Shown here one piece after another: positions 36,922 through 46,195 of a stretch of DNA of 62,781 nt. Position numbers and translations under genes: made by a program. The DNA is from a virus (taxonomy: Duplodnaviria; Caudoviricetes). The notes beneath the pieces are model-generated. The model saw only the letters and a list, made by a program, of their open reading frames with translations. It searched no databases and was not told where the DNA came from. Within the stretch, counting starts at the first letter, position 1; every line of letters starts with the position of its first letter. The DNA is taken from positions 1 through 62,781 of the IMG/VR virus record IMGVR_UViG_3300036840_000070. One strand, 5' to 3'.

Positions 36922-37723
36922 CATCTTCCGAAGGCGCTTAGAACAGCGGCGCCTGCGGCGCGTGATCCTGCCATCCGGTGGCGTTGACATCGTCAGCGCT
37001 GCCGGCGGCGCGCTCACCGCGTGGCTGCGTAACTCTAGCACGGGAACGATCACGTCGGTGCCCGACGTGCTCAACACGAATCCCGCGACGGCCAACGGCG
37101 GCACCATCACGGGCAACGCCGATTTCTCGATGAGCTCGAGCACGGGTGAGCTGCTCTGGGCGCTCGTCACCGGGCAGAACAACGGCAACGTCGCGAAAAA
37201 CCAATTCGCGATCTACCTGTGGCTGAAGCGGCTCGGCGCTGCTGCTGCGCAGTTTCCGTGGGCGATCGACATCGGGACGGGCGGCGCCAGCGCGCGAACG
37301 CTGTTCGCGCAGAAGAGCGGCACCAGCCAGATCTTCCGCGTCTACAACGCTACGGCCACCGCCGCGCGCAACGGCACGCTGACGAACGTCTTTACCACCA
37401 CAGGCACGTGGAACCTGTATGGCTGGGAATTCGATCTAGGCAGCGGCGGCACCGAGGCGCAGCGCGCGGTCTTCACGATCAACGGCGTGGTGCAGACCGT
37501 AACGTTCAGCGATGCGCTGGGCACGCCCGGCTCGGTGCCGACGCAATTCCCATCCGTGACCGGCAACATGGCGCTGAGCAGCCAGGGCGGGACGAACTTC
37601 TGGGATGGCATCATCGGGCGCAACATCTACGTCTTCTGCGCTGGCATGACCGGACGCACCGAGGGGCTGCTCACGCAGGCCATGCGCAACACGCTGGTGC
37701 TGCATGAGGTGCCGACCGCCTAG
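36911..37723 (+). CDS. Beta-sandwich (LamG/ConA-like) virion protein
   Basis: LTAW, I..W.K, W..Y, INGV.Q, FW.G.IG pattern. Confidence 0.55.
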   Translation: MPPSIFRRRLEQRRLRRVILPSGGVDIVSAAGGALTAWLRNSSTGTITSVPDVLNTNPATANGGTITGNADFSMSSSTGELLWALVTGQNNGNVAKNQFAIYLWLKRLGAAAAQFPWAIDIGTGGASARTLFAQKSGTSQIFRVYNATATAARNGTLTNVFTTTGTWNLYGWEFDLGSGGTEAQRAVFTINGVVQTVTFSDALGTPGSVPTQFPSVTGNMALSSQGGTNFWDGIIGRNIYVFCAGMTGRTEGLLTQAMRNTLVLHEVPTA

Positions 37724-37754
37724 CGCGCCACGCGCGCGCGCGGTAGCCTCGGGC

Positions 37755-38066
37755 ATGTGGGCATCCTTCGCAGACTGGCTGTTTTCGCAGGCGCCCACGA
37801 TCACCGTGCTGGGGATCTGGGTGATCAGCTTGCACGTGATCTTGAGAGAACGCTCGAAGCGTATCCAGCAATTGGAGACGCGGAGCGACGCGCTATCCGC
37901 CTCATTGGCGGAGCTCGTGCAATCGAACTCGCGCGAGCGTGCGGAGCGAGTCACGCTGCAGATCACGAATCTAGAATCGCTGATGCGGAGCGCGTTCGAA
38001 ACGCTGCTGAGAGCATTGGAGCGCAGGCCACCCGCGTTGCTGAAGCGCTCGAGCGGGGGCCCGTGA
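37755..38066 (+). CDS. Holin-like protein (1 TM plus coiled coil)
   Basis: APTITVLGIWVISL TM then heptads; near the endolysin. Confidence 0.5.
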   Translation: MWASFADWLFSQAPTITVLGIWVISLHVILRERSKRIQQLETRSDALSASLAELVQSNSRERAERVTLQITNLESLMRSAFETLLRALERRPPALLKRSSGGP

Positions 38067-38557
38067 GCGAAGGCAAGCCGCTGGTGCTGGTGGTGGAGGA
38101 TGACCGCCAGGTGCAGCGGATCGTGCATCGCTTCCTCGAGCGGGCCAGCTACGACGTGGTGCTGTGCATGGACCTCGACGAGGTGGTGGCGCAGCTGGAC
38201 GCGGGCGTGGCGCCCGCGCTGGTGCTGTGCGACTGGACGCTGCCGGGCATGACGGGGCGGGCGGTGGCGCTCACCGTGCGGCGCCGCCTGCCGGGCACGC
38301 CGGTCCTGTACATGAGCGGCTTTGAGGAGATCGAGGGCATCGATCCGAGCGAACCGCTGTTGCGCAAGCCCTTTCGTGGCGATGAGCTGGTGGCCGTGGT
38401 GCGGCGCGTGCTCGAAGCAGGCACCATCGACGTGCTGCTGGGCGACGAAGCGCGCCACGCGCCGCGGGCTGACGTGAGCGGACAGCACCGCATCGTGACC
38501 GTGAGCGCTGACGAGCTCACGCGCGCCCGCGAGCAGACGCGCCGCCGCCCGCGCTAG
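38063..38557 (+). CDS. Single-domain response regulator (CheY-like receiver)
   Basis: VLVVEDD, LVLCDWTLPGMTG, PVLYMSG, LRKPF; GTGA overlap. Confidence 0.92.
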   Translation: MSEGKPLVLVVEDDRQVQRIVHRFLERASYDVVLCMDLDEVVAQLDAGVAPALVLCDWTLPGMTGRAVALTVRRRLPGTPVLYMSGFEEIEGIDPSEPLLRKPFRGDELVAVVRRVLEAGTIDVLLGDEARHAPRADVSGQHRIVTVSADELTRAREQTRRRPR

Positions 38558-39195
38558 CGCGTGCCGTATGCCAGCGCTCCCGTGATCAGCGGGATGTCAG
38601 GATGCACGATCACGCCGGGGCAGCGCCCCGTCACGTCAGCCACCGTGCGCGCGAAGCGCAGCCCCACCATCGGCCGGCGCGTGCAGCGGACGCGGTTGTT
38701 GCTGTTGGCTTCGATGCCCATCACCTCGGCTGGCGTCACGCCGATGGGCGTGATCCCCGTCACCACCCAGACGTGCCCGTGCACGCTGTCCGTCGGGTAC
38801 CACGCCAGGTCACCCGCCATCGGGTTGTTCGTGGAGGGAAACATCTTCCCGAGCGCCTGCGCGCTGGCGCAGCGGACGGGCGTGCCCAGCCCGAAGGTGA
38901 GGCAGTGGCTCGCGTACGCTGCGCACCATGGATCGCCACCGCGCGCGCCGCAGATCTGCAGCATCCCCTGGATGATCCCGAGCGGCTCCGTGTTGCTGCC
39001 GATCGGATCCTCTACGAGCCCCAGGTGCTTCTGCGCCGCGCGGATGATCGCACGCCGATGCGGGTGCAGCGTCTCGTAGTCCATCGCCCAGCGCGTCTGA
39101 GGACCGAGATCGCCATCGACCTTCAGCGGTTTGCCGAGGTGGTTTTTGTGCCGCGCTTGGAACGCGCGCACCTCATCGCTGCTCAGGTCAGCCAT
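38554..39195 (-). CDS. Endolysin (PG-binding plus CHAP-like)
   Basis: V.AFQ...L.VDG..GP.T; PWCAAY, P.AGD, GHV, IEAN. Confidence 0.82.
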   Translation of the reverse strand: MADLSSDEVRAFQARHKNHLGKPLKVDGDLGPQTRWAMDYETLHPHRRAIIRAAQKHLGLVEDPIGSNTEPLGIIQGMLQICGARGGDPWCAAYASHCLTFGLGTPVRCASAQALGKMFPSTNNPMAGDLAWYPTDSVHGHVWVVTGITPIGVTPAEVMGIEANSNNRVRCTRRPMVGLRFARTVADVTGRCPGVIVHPDIPLITGALAYGTR

Positions 39196-39282
39196 GGAGC
39201 GAGACTGCCGGATGCACGCGAGGAGCCCCTCTTACCCAGACCAGGCGCGGCCTGGTGCCCCCCGCGCGCATCCGGCGCTGAG

Positions 39283-39292
39283 ACCATATCAC
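39283..39292 (-). promoter_or_regulatory. GTGATAnnnT element upstream of the endolysin
   Basis: GTGATATGGT on the minus strand. Confidence 0.5.
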
Positions 39293-40512
39293 GCATCGAG
39301 GAATGTATCATCGTCCATTGCACCGCTGAGCTGCACGGACTCGAACGTGAAGCGACCAATGTAGTGGGAGCGCGATGCAGTCGTGAGCGTCTGCACCATG
39401 ATGCCCAGGTTCATCTCGGTCGTTGGCGCAGGCAGCCCAGCGCTGAGCGTGCCGAGCAGCGTGGCGCCCACGTAGAATTGGAAGGTGCCGCCGGGCGATG
39501 GTGGTTGGTAGATCGTCAGCAAGTGATCAGCGGTAGCGGCAACCGCTACGCCCGAATCGACGGCGCTGCCTACGCCACCCGCGCGCGTGAGCAGCAACCA
39601 GTTGCCACCGACCGAGGAGTCGTAGAACAGGCCGAGGCAATTCGTCGCTGAGCTCGGCACCTGGCTGAAGTCACCGTGCAGACCGAAGAAGAAGCGTTTG
39701 CTCGTCGTGCTGTTGTTGAAGGTGTGGGCGAGCTGCATCAGCCGCACGTCAAACGCGGTGAGGATGCCGCGGCTCTCGGTATTGCCGGCGCACAGCGTGG
39801 TGCGGTCGTTGCTGGCGGTGGACGTGACGAGCGCTACGCGCCCCGCGTTGCTCAGGCCAAACGAGCCGTTGTTGGCCGAGCTGCGCGAAAACGCCGGCGT
39901 GCCCGAGCCCAGCAGGTTCCAACCCAGCTTGCCGATCGTGCCGCTCGTCGTGCCGCCGAACATGAACGTTTCATCGGTGCGCACCACGCGCGCGCGGCGG
40001 CGCGCGAAGGCGCCCTCCGAAACGACGTCCGCGAGGGCGTCTGCCCAGCCCCCATCACCGAACTGCCGCACCTCGGTGCACACGACCTTGCGCGTCTGCT
40101 CACCCGTTGGAATGTAGATGCCCCGTTCATGGATCAGCGACGGGTCCGCCACCGTGGTGCCGTTCGGCAGCGTGCGCTGGCCGAGGTTCACGATGCAGCG
40201 CACGATCCAGGAGTGGGCGCCCGAGCTCGGCATCGTGATGGTGACCGAACCGTCCACGGTGCTGGGCGAGACCAGCTGTCCGCTGGTGGCTCCGACGATG
40301 GTGAGCACCGGCGCGTTTTTGCTGGCGCGCGGTGGGTTGGCTGCGATGCCGCGCGTCGCATCGAACGCGCCCGCGTCGAAGACTTGAAAGGCTACCGTGG
40401 TCACGCCGATGGGGGGCTGCTGGCGCAGGCGCAGTGTCAGCACCTCGGCGTTGCTGGCCTCGTAGCCCTGGTCCTGCCCGTCCGAATTGATGTCGAATAA
40501 AGCTGACGCCAT
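39289..40512 (-). CDS. Tail fibre / receptor-binding candidate
   Basis: Beta-rich two-domain 407 aa; end of the baseplate operon. Confidence 0.6.
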   Translation of the reverse strand: MASALFDINSDGQDQGYEASNAEVLTLRLRQQPPIGVTTVAFQVFDAGAFDATRGIAANPPRASKNAPVLTIVGATSGQLVSPSTVDGSVTITMPSSGAHSWIVRCIVNLGQRTLPNGTTVADPSLIHERGIYIPTGEQTRKVVCTEVRQFGDGGWADALADVVSEGAFARRRARVVRTDETFMFGGTTSGTIGKLGWNLLGSGTPAFSRSSANNGSFGLSNAGRVALVTSTASNDRTTLCAGNTESRGILTAFDVRLMQLAHTFNNSTTSKRFFFGLHGDFSQVPSSATNCLGLFYDSSVGGNWLLLTRAGGVGSAVDSGVAVAATADHLLTIYQPPSPGGTFQFYVGATLLGTLSAGLPAPTTEMNLGIMVQTLTTASRSHYIGRFTFESVQLSGAMDDDTFLDA

Positions 40513-40546
40513 CGCCTCTCTCTCGAGGGCGGCCGCGCCTGCCTGC

Positions 40547-40556
40547 AGACTATCAC
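40547..40556 (-). promoter_or_regulatory. GTGATAnnnT element
   Basis: GTGATAGTCT on the minus strand, intergenic. Confidence 0.5.
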
Positions 40557-40557
40557 G

Positions 40558-40902
40558 TCACGCGATCAAGCGATCGCCGGTGATCTCCACCACCAGCGCT
40601 CCAAACCACTGGTTGTGGAACTGCTCTGCCAGGCGCACCAGGTGCGAGCCGCCTTCGCGCGGCGTGAAGGCGAGCGACGCGGGTTGGAAGCGGCGAAAGA
40701 TCGTGCTCACCACGCGCACGTTGCGGGCCGTGGTCACGGTGAATTCGAGCGGCAGCACCACGCCCTCGGGCAGCGTGCGCGAATAGTCCACGCTGATCAG
40801 CACGGGCGTGAAGACCTGCAGGAGCTGCGCAGGATCGGTGAGCGTGAGCCGCAGTCGATCTTCACCGTAGTAGCTGGGGCTGATGTCATCGAGCAGGGCC
40901 AT
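40558..40902 (-). CDS. Baseplate/tail-associated protein
   Basis: TGATG coupling; FTP...G.H motif shared with the neighbour. Confidence 0.65.
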   Translation of the reverse strand: MALLDDISPSYYGEDRLRLTLTDPAQLLQVFTPVLISVDYSRTLPEGVVLPLEFTVTTARNVRVVSTIFRRFQPASLAFTPREGGSHLVRLAEQFHNQWFGALVVEITGDRLIA

Positions 40903-41279
40903 CACTCCACGTCCACGTGCATGAAGATCCCCCCGCCGTTCGCCCGTCGCATCACGATGCAGTAGTGCCCGGCGGCTGCGGGCGTGAAGCGCTGCACGCT
41001 GCTTTGCCCCACGGGTGAGCTCACCGCGGGCAGCGGCGCGGACGTCGGGTAATCCGCCCACATCGTATAGAACAGATCCCCGCCGAGCGCGGCATCGAGC
41101 GGGGCGCCTGCGCCATCCACCACTGCGGTGATCTGCACCTCGGTGCCCACGGTGCCGAGCTGCCGCTGGTGCGGGCGCGTCGACTTCGCGTTGAGACGGC
41201 TCGGGCGGTCCGCATCCGCCGGATCCGTCCATGCCGTGAGGACGACTCCGGACGTGAAGCTGGCTCTAAAGTTTGCCAT
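40902..41279 (-). CDS. Baseplate/tail-associated protein
   Basis: Coupled; FTPAAAGHY. Confidence 0.65.
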   Translation of the reverse strand: MANFRASFTSGVVLTAWTDPADADRPSRLNAKSTRPHQRQLGTVGTEVQITAVVDGAGAPLDAALGGDLFYTMWADYPTSAPLPAVSSPVGQSSVQRFTPAAAGHYCIVMRRANGGGIFMHVDVE

Positions 41280-42091
41280 CAGCAGAGCGTGAGCACGATC
41301 ACTGCACCGACTGCACCGGCGCCACCTGCGCCCGGTGACGTGCCGCCGCCGCCGCCGCCGCCGCCGGCACCGTAGCCCTTGCCCCCGCGGCCGCCGTGCC
41401 CGGTATTGCCGCTCACTCCGTTGGCACCGTTGACCGCCACCGAGAGCGAAGGAAAGCCGCCGCCGCCGCCGCCGCCGCGTTTGACGCCAACCCCGTCAGG
41501 GCCTGCAGCGCCACCCATTGCGCCACCTTGCCCGATGAGCGTGGGCACGCGGGCATTGACGTCCTGCATACCCGCGCCGCCGAGGCCCGCTGAGGTGCCG
41601 TTGCCAGCTCTACCGGACAACCCCGAAGCGCCACCGACGCCCGCCAGCGAGGAAAACGGGTCGTTGCAACCGCCGCCCCCACCACCACGTCCAGAGCCAC
41701 CGGTTGCGCTCGAGCCGTTGTTACCCGCCACGCCCTGCACCTGCATGGTGCCCGTCGTGAAGATCGGCTCGGGGCCGAAGATCACCAGCCCGCTCCCCTC
41801 GAGGAAATCGGCAGGCCCCTCCCAGAAGCCCCACTGCCCGGAGCCCCCGCCGCCGCCGCCCGTGGTGGCGTTGCCTGAGGCACCGTTGCCGCCCTGCGCG
41901 ATCGCGTAGACGCGCACCCAATTGGCGTGCGCAGGCTTCGTCCAGGTCTTGTCGCCCACGCCCGTGTCGACGAACAGCTGCAGGTCCGTGCGCGCCGCAG
42001 TGCCCAGAGCGTTCTGCAGCTGGTTGATCTGCGTACTAGTCAGGGCTTCGTTTGTGCCCCAGCCCCCGACCTTCACCGGATCGATCGTCAT
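41279..42091 (-). CDS. Glycine-rich tail fibre protein
   Basis: TWTKP...V.V....GG.G.SG....GGGGGSG ... G.G..G.VIV. Confidence 0.8.
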   Translation of the reverse strand: MTIDPVKVGGWGTNEALTSTQINQLQNALGTAARTDLQLFVDTGVGDKTWTKPAHANWVRVYAIAQGGNGASGNATTGGGGGGSGQWGFWEGPADFLEGSGLVIFGPEPIFTTGTMQVQGVAGNNGSSATGGSGRGGGGGGCNDPFSSLAGVGGASGLSGRAGNGTSAGLGGAGMQDVNARVPTLIGQGGAMGGAAGPDGVGVKRGGGGGGGFPSLSVAVNGANGVSGNTGHGGRGGKGYGAGGGGGGGGTSPGAGGAGAVGAVIVLTLC

Positions 42092-42103
42092 GGCAGCTCC
42101 ATC

Positions 42104-42811
42104 CTACTCGAGCGCGGTCAGATCCAGATAGTCCACATCGAGCGTGAAGCCATGATGAGTGACGATCTGAAAGCTGTTGAATGCGGGCAGCACCTCGCTG
42201 AGCAGCTGCGCTGCCGCCGCCATCGAGCGCTGCTCGGCTATCGTGGGCAGCACGCCACCGCCCAGGTCCAGCATCACGAACAACACGAAGTCACTCGAAT
42301 AGTTCGGGAAGCGCGTGCTCTTGCGGCCGCCCCCGAAGGGCTCGGTGCCCGCGTAGTCTTCGAAGGCGCGCCCAAAGAGTGTCGTGTCGCTCACGTCACT
42401 AGACGGGCTCACCACTTCGAAGCGCGGATCGATGAGCCGCAGCGCCACCGCCACGTCCGGGATGGTGCTGGCGATCTGCTGCACGTAGCGCACGGCCGCC
42501 GCCGAGCGGCGCTCCTCCTCGCTCTGCGCTGGGTTGTTCGTCAGCAGGAAGAGCGACTCGTAGTACGGCAGCAGATCGGTTGCGCGATCGGGGAAGGCCT
42601 GCAGGGTGGCGCGCTCGCCCGCGGTGGCTACCGACGCGATGCCGCGCGCGCGCGCCTGGCGCCACAGCCCATCGATGGTGGTCTCATCGGCATCGGCTGC
42701 GCCGCCCTTGCCCACGGCGCTGCGCAGCGCTGCATAGATGCGCTCGACGGGCGTCTCGCCCCCGCCGAATTCGAAGGGCCACGGGTTGTGCCAGCCGAGC
42801 CCAGCCATCAA
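42104..42811 (-). CDS. Baseplate wedge protein (Mu gp48-like)
   Basis: P.RATDLL..YE..F, EERR, LPA; follows J. Confidence 0.75.
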   Translation of the reverse strand: MMAGLGWHNPWPFEFGGGETPVERIYAALRSAVGKGGAADADETTIDGLWRQARARGIASVATAGERATLQAFPDRATDLLPYYESLFLLTNNPAQSEEERRSAAAVRYVQQIASTIPDVAVALRLIDPRFEVVSPSSDVSDTTLFGRAFEDYAGTEPFGGGRKSTRFPNYSSDFVLFVMLDLGGGVLPTIAEQRSMAAAAQLLSEVLPAFNSFQIVTHHGFTLDVDYLDLTALE

Positions 42812-43315
42812 TCAGCCGATGAGGATGCCCACGTTGTTGCCATCCTCGAGCGCGCCCGCTGCGTTGTAGACGGCGACGTGCACGCCGTTGGCGCTGCCGC
42901 TCAGCGGCGTGACCACGACGGTCTTCAGCACGGTGAGGCTCGGTGTCAGCAGGAAGCCTGTGCCGTACGCGAAGGACAGGGCCACGCTGGCGCCCGCTTC
43001 ATCGGTGACGGGTGACGCATAAACGACGCTGTAGCGCCCCGTCGCAAGCTTCGTGAGCACCGGGTTAGTGAAGGGCGCGCTCGTGAGCCCGCGGGGATTC
43101 CACGCTTCCGCCCGCCCGAGGAGCGTCGGATTCGTGTTCGCGGTGAAGCGCACGTGAGCGCGCCAAGCGAGCAGCCCCATGCCCGCGACCTGATATTTGA
43201 GCAGGTTCCAATAATCGGCGCTGAGCTCACGCGATGGATCGCGCACCGCGCGCGTGTTGACCGCGTCAGAGCCGAAGGTCGCAAGGTCCGGTCGGTTCGG
43301 AAAGCCCGGCATCAC
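42812..43315 (-). CDS. Tail-associated protein
   Basis: K.ATG.Y.V motif; operon position. Confidence 0.6.
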   Translation of the reverse strand: MMPGFPNRPDLATFGSDAVNTRAVRDPSRELSADYWNLLKYQVAGMGLLAWRAHVRFTANTNPTLLGRAEAWNPRGLTSAPFTNPVLTKLATGRYSVVYASPVTDEAGASVALSFAYGTGFLLTPSLTVLKTVVVTPLSGSANGVHVAVYNAAGALEDGNNVGILIG

Positions 43316-44895
43316 TCGAGATGATAGACCGCGAACTTGCCCGCGACGATCAGATTCGGGCCGTCGATGGGATCGTCTGGCATCGATGGATTCGAAAGGC
43401 TGATGCTGGCCAGCGTGGCATCGCTCAGCGGTGAGCCCAGCGCGTCCGCGAGGTACGTGAGCGCGCTCTGCCCAGCACGTGACGGGTACTCCTCGCTCGT
43501 CACCGGGTTGCGGTACGCGCGCACCGAGCGCTCGTCGTTCTCGAGGTCGATCACCTCACCGGGCCCCAGGCTGTCGAAGTAAGCGACGAGCCCCGCTGCC
43601 AGCACATCGCGTCGCGCCATGTCCGGTGAGAACCAATCGCCCACGGCCAGCGTCTTCGCGGGCGCCTGCGCCAGCACCACCTCATAGGCGCCAGCGCCGA
43701 TGTCTTCAACGGTCAGCACGTTGAGTGCTTCGAAGGTGCTGGTCTCTGGATCCCACACCATCAGATGCACGTCACCGATGGGACCGGTGACGCCACCCGG
43801 CAGCTGTCCGGTGATACCCGTATTGATCAGAAAGTTTGTCTGGCTGTTGAGAAACACGAGCGTGCACGCGCTGGCTCCGTTCGCTGGCGGGAAGGGCTCG
43901 AGGTCCGCCCAGCCCGCGTCCGAGCCCAGCGGCTGCGCCAGGTGCACTACCAGATCGCTGGCTTCGGTCTGCACGGGCAGCACCACCACGTGAGCTCGCC
44001 CCGGGATGACGGGGCTACCCGGGGGCACCAGCAGCCCGGTGACGGCGGACAGCACGCCCGACGAGGGCACGCGCGCCAGCGGTCCCTGCGTGCTGCCGCG
44101 CTTCTGCGTGATGGCCACCAGCACACTGCCCGCGTAGAAGGCGCACGGATACACGAACGCATCCTCCACGCTGACGCTGGCCTGCCGCGCGAAGGCGCGG
44201 AAGTGAGCCCAGTTGCCGCTGGCGGGTTTGTGCCGCACGCGCGCAGCCAGGCGCGCCGCGAAGTCAGCGTCGGTCTCGGCATCCAGCCCGCCGCGGAAAT
44301 CGTTGTCCGTGACCGTGGCCTCCGGATCGGATCCGGGCGGTGGATTCACCCATTTGATCTTGGTTCCGATCGCAATGTTCGTGGCTACGCCACCATCGAT
44401 GGCGATCAGCGTCAGCGTGGCGTCGCCATCCGCATCCGCCGTGGCGCTCGCCAGGACCTGGTAGCGGTTGCCCGCGGGATCGGTGCCCGTCACCGCGAAC
44501 GCGTCTGGCACCGTGGTGGAGCCCTGCCACGTGGTGCCGGCGGTGCCGTGCGCGCTGACCGTGCCCGAGCCACCGAAGGCAGGCAGGAAGGCTTCGCCCC
44601 ACAGCTCGGCGTGATAGCTGCGCAGGAAGGCTGAGCCAGCGCGGTCGATCCGGATCTGCTGCGCTAGGAATTCGTCGCGCTTCTGGACGCCCAGCAGCAC
44701 CAGATCGATGGCGTCCGCTTCGCGGTAGAAACGGCTCCCGTGCGCGGTGGCGCGCCTGAGCGTGTCCTCCGTGAAGGGCAGCCCCGTCGCTGGATCGGTG
44801 AGCAGCCGCAGGCCAGCGCGGAAATCCTGAAGGATGGCCTCGCGCACCTGGCCACGGCGGAAGACCGCATATTCGCGCTCTGCAGGAGTTGGCAT
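43312..44895 (-). CDS. Baseplate J-like protein (Mu gp47)
   Basis: A...FL..H...WG, GG.DAETD.....RL, P.SGN, V..AFVYP...GSV.V. Confidence 0.88.
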   Translation of the reverse strand: MPTPAEREYAVFRRGQVREAILQDFRAGLRLLTDPATGLPFTEDTLRRATAHGSRFYREADAIDLVLLGVQKRDEFLAQQIRIDRAGSAFLRSYHAELWGEAFLPAFGGSGTVSAHGTAGTTWQGSTTVPDAFAVTGTDPAGNRYQVLASATADADGDATLTLIAIDGGVATNIAIGTKIKWVNPPPGSDPEATVTDNDFRGGLDAETDADFAARLAARVRHKPASGNWAHFRAFARQASVSVEDAFVYPCAFYAGSVLVAITQKRGSTQGPLARVPSSGVLSAVTGLLVPPGSPVIPGRAHVVVLPVQTEASDLVVHLAQPLGSDAGWADLEPFPPANGASACTLVFLNSQTNFLINTGITGQLPGGVTGPIGDVHLMVWDPETSTFEALNVLTVEDIGAGAYEVVLAQAPAKTLAVGDWFSPDMARRDVLAAGLVAYFDSLGPGEVIDLENDERSVRAYRNPVTSEEYPSRAGQSALTYLADALGSPLSDATLASISLSNPSMPDDPIDGPNLIVAGKFAVYHLE

Positions 44896-44959
44896 CGTGA
44901 AGGCACCCGTGCGTCATGCAACGCCGGGCGCCTCCGACGAGCCTTCTCGTTGTAACCGA

Positions 44960-45403
44960 TCAGAGCGGGAAGACCAATCGGCGCTTTGCCGTGTCCGCTG
45001 GCGCCAGCAGGTCGCGGTATTCGATCAGCGCATTGAGCTGTGACGGATCGCTTTCGTCAGGTTCGGCGCTCACGGTCTCGAGCTGCAGCACGCCCGCCTC
45101 CTCACCTGGCGCGAACGCTTCGCGCGTCATGCTTTCCAGCTTCTCCGCGCTGTCGTCATCCACGTGCGTGAGCTCACGGAAGCGGTTGCCCACCTCACGC
45201 GCGGCAGCGCCCGTGGCGCGCTGGATGCGCAGGGCCTCGATCGCGAACGCGTCCGCCAGCCCGCGCCCTTCGAGCAGTGACTCGTATTCGCCGCTCAGCG
45301 GATCGATCTTGTCAGCCAGGATCGCAGGCGGCGGCTCCTGCACGGCGTGGCCGATGACTTCGAACGCGGATGCGGGTGTGGTGCCTGCCGGCGGAACGCT
45401 CAT
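44960..45403 (-). CDS. Baseplate protein (Mu gp46 / GPW-gp25-like position)
   Basis: Upstream of J; G.R....  and I.Y.DL motifs. Confidence 0.65.
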   Translation of the reverse strand: MSVPPAGTTPASAFEVIGHAVQEPPPAILADKIDPLSGEYESLLEGRGLADAFAIEALRIQRATGAAAREVGNRFRELTHVDDDSAEKLESMTREAFAPGEEAGVLQLETVSAEPDESDPSQLNALIEYRDLLAPADTAKRRLVFPL

Positions 45404-45496
45404 CGCGAAGCCCTCACCCGCCCGCCAGCGGCTGTCGAAACGAGGGATCAGAACGTTCGGAGCAACGCGCTGACGGGCGGGCTTTCGGAGGCGCTG

Positions 45497-45506
45497 ACGG
45501 TATCAC
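45497..45506 (-). promoter_or_regulatory. GTGATAnnnT element heading the baseplate operon
   Basis: GTGATACCGT on the minus strand, intergenic. Confidence 0.55.
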
Positions 45507-45524
45507 GCCCGCGCGCGGGGCGCC

Positions 45525-46052
45525 TCACTGTTCGGGTACGAACGCGGTGCACTCACGCACCGAGCACAGGGCCTCGAGGTCCTCAGCGGTGATGGCGGGC
45601 ACGAAGCGGTCTGTTTCCGCCAGGATGCCTCGCTGCGGCGCGGGCAGGTGCCACATAACGCCCAGCATGTGCAGCAGCTCGTGCGTCAGGACGTGCTCCT
45701 GCGGCGCGGTGCAGTCATTGCTGACGATGATATATGTGGGCGTCAGCAGCCCATTGGCGCCGTCGTAGCCGCACATCCCGTCAGACGCGAACACCGGGTA
45801 AGCGCCCTCCATCCGTTCGTTCACGTGGATGACCAGCCCGGAGGCCTTCAGGATGCGCTGTGCGGCGCGGTGGGCGAGGGGCAGCAGCCCGGCATCGTGC
45901 ACGAAGATGTGCACGTCTTCGATGACTTCGGCCTCCGGGGCTGGCTCGGTGAGCGCGGCGGGCTGCGTGACTTCGCCGATCGGCTCCTGCGGCGCGGTGG
46001 CGCAGGCGGTCAGCAGCAGGGCGGCCAGGGCCTGGGGCAGTTGGCGGTTCAT
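45525..46052 (-). CDS. Lipoprotein zinc metalloprotease
   Basis: Signal with LTAC lipobox; HELLHMLGVMWH zincin motif. Confidence 0.75.
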   Translation of the reverse strand: MNRQLPQALAALLLTACATAPQEPIGEVTQPAALTEPAPEAEVIEDVHIFVHDAGLLPLAHRAAQRILKASGLVIHVNERMEGAYPVFASDGMCGYDGANGLLTPTYIIVSNDCTAPQEHVLTHELLHMLGVMWHLPAPQRGILAETDRFVPAITAEDLEALCSVRECTAFVPEQ

Positions 46053-46138
46053 GCCCCGGTGATCGGCCGTGTCCGTGGCTCCTAGAGGCGAGACCGGCCC
46101 TGCGCCTGTTAGGCACGATTTGTTGCCCCGTTCCGGAT

Positions 46139-46195
46139 GCACGGTGCTACACGGTGCACGGTTGCACGTATGGCCGTTTGCACGTATGCACGGCA
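46139..46195 (+). repeat. GCAC-box array 4 (parA promoter / parS candidate)
   Basis: gcacggtt gcacgtat ggccgttt gcacgtat gcacggca plus upstream units; 16 nt before the parA ATG. Confidence 0.85.

Noticed and set aside
35714-42091. Diversity-generating retroelement acting on fibre genes
   Set aside because: No reverse transcriptase and no template/variable repeat pair seen
15335-45403. Transposable Mu-type phage
   Set aside because: Only morphogenesis genes are Mu-like; no DDE transposase, MuB, Mor/C, gin or mom recognised
38554-45506. Invertible tail-fibre segment
   Set aside because: No invertase recognised, no flanking inverted repeats seen by eye, and no alternative fibre ends
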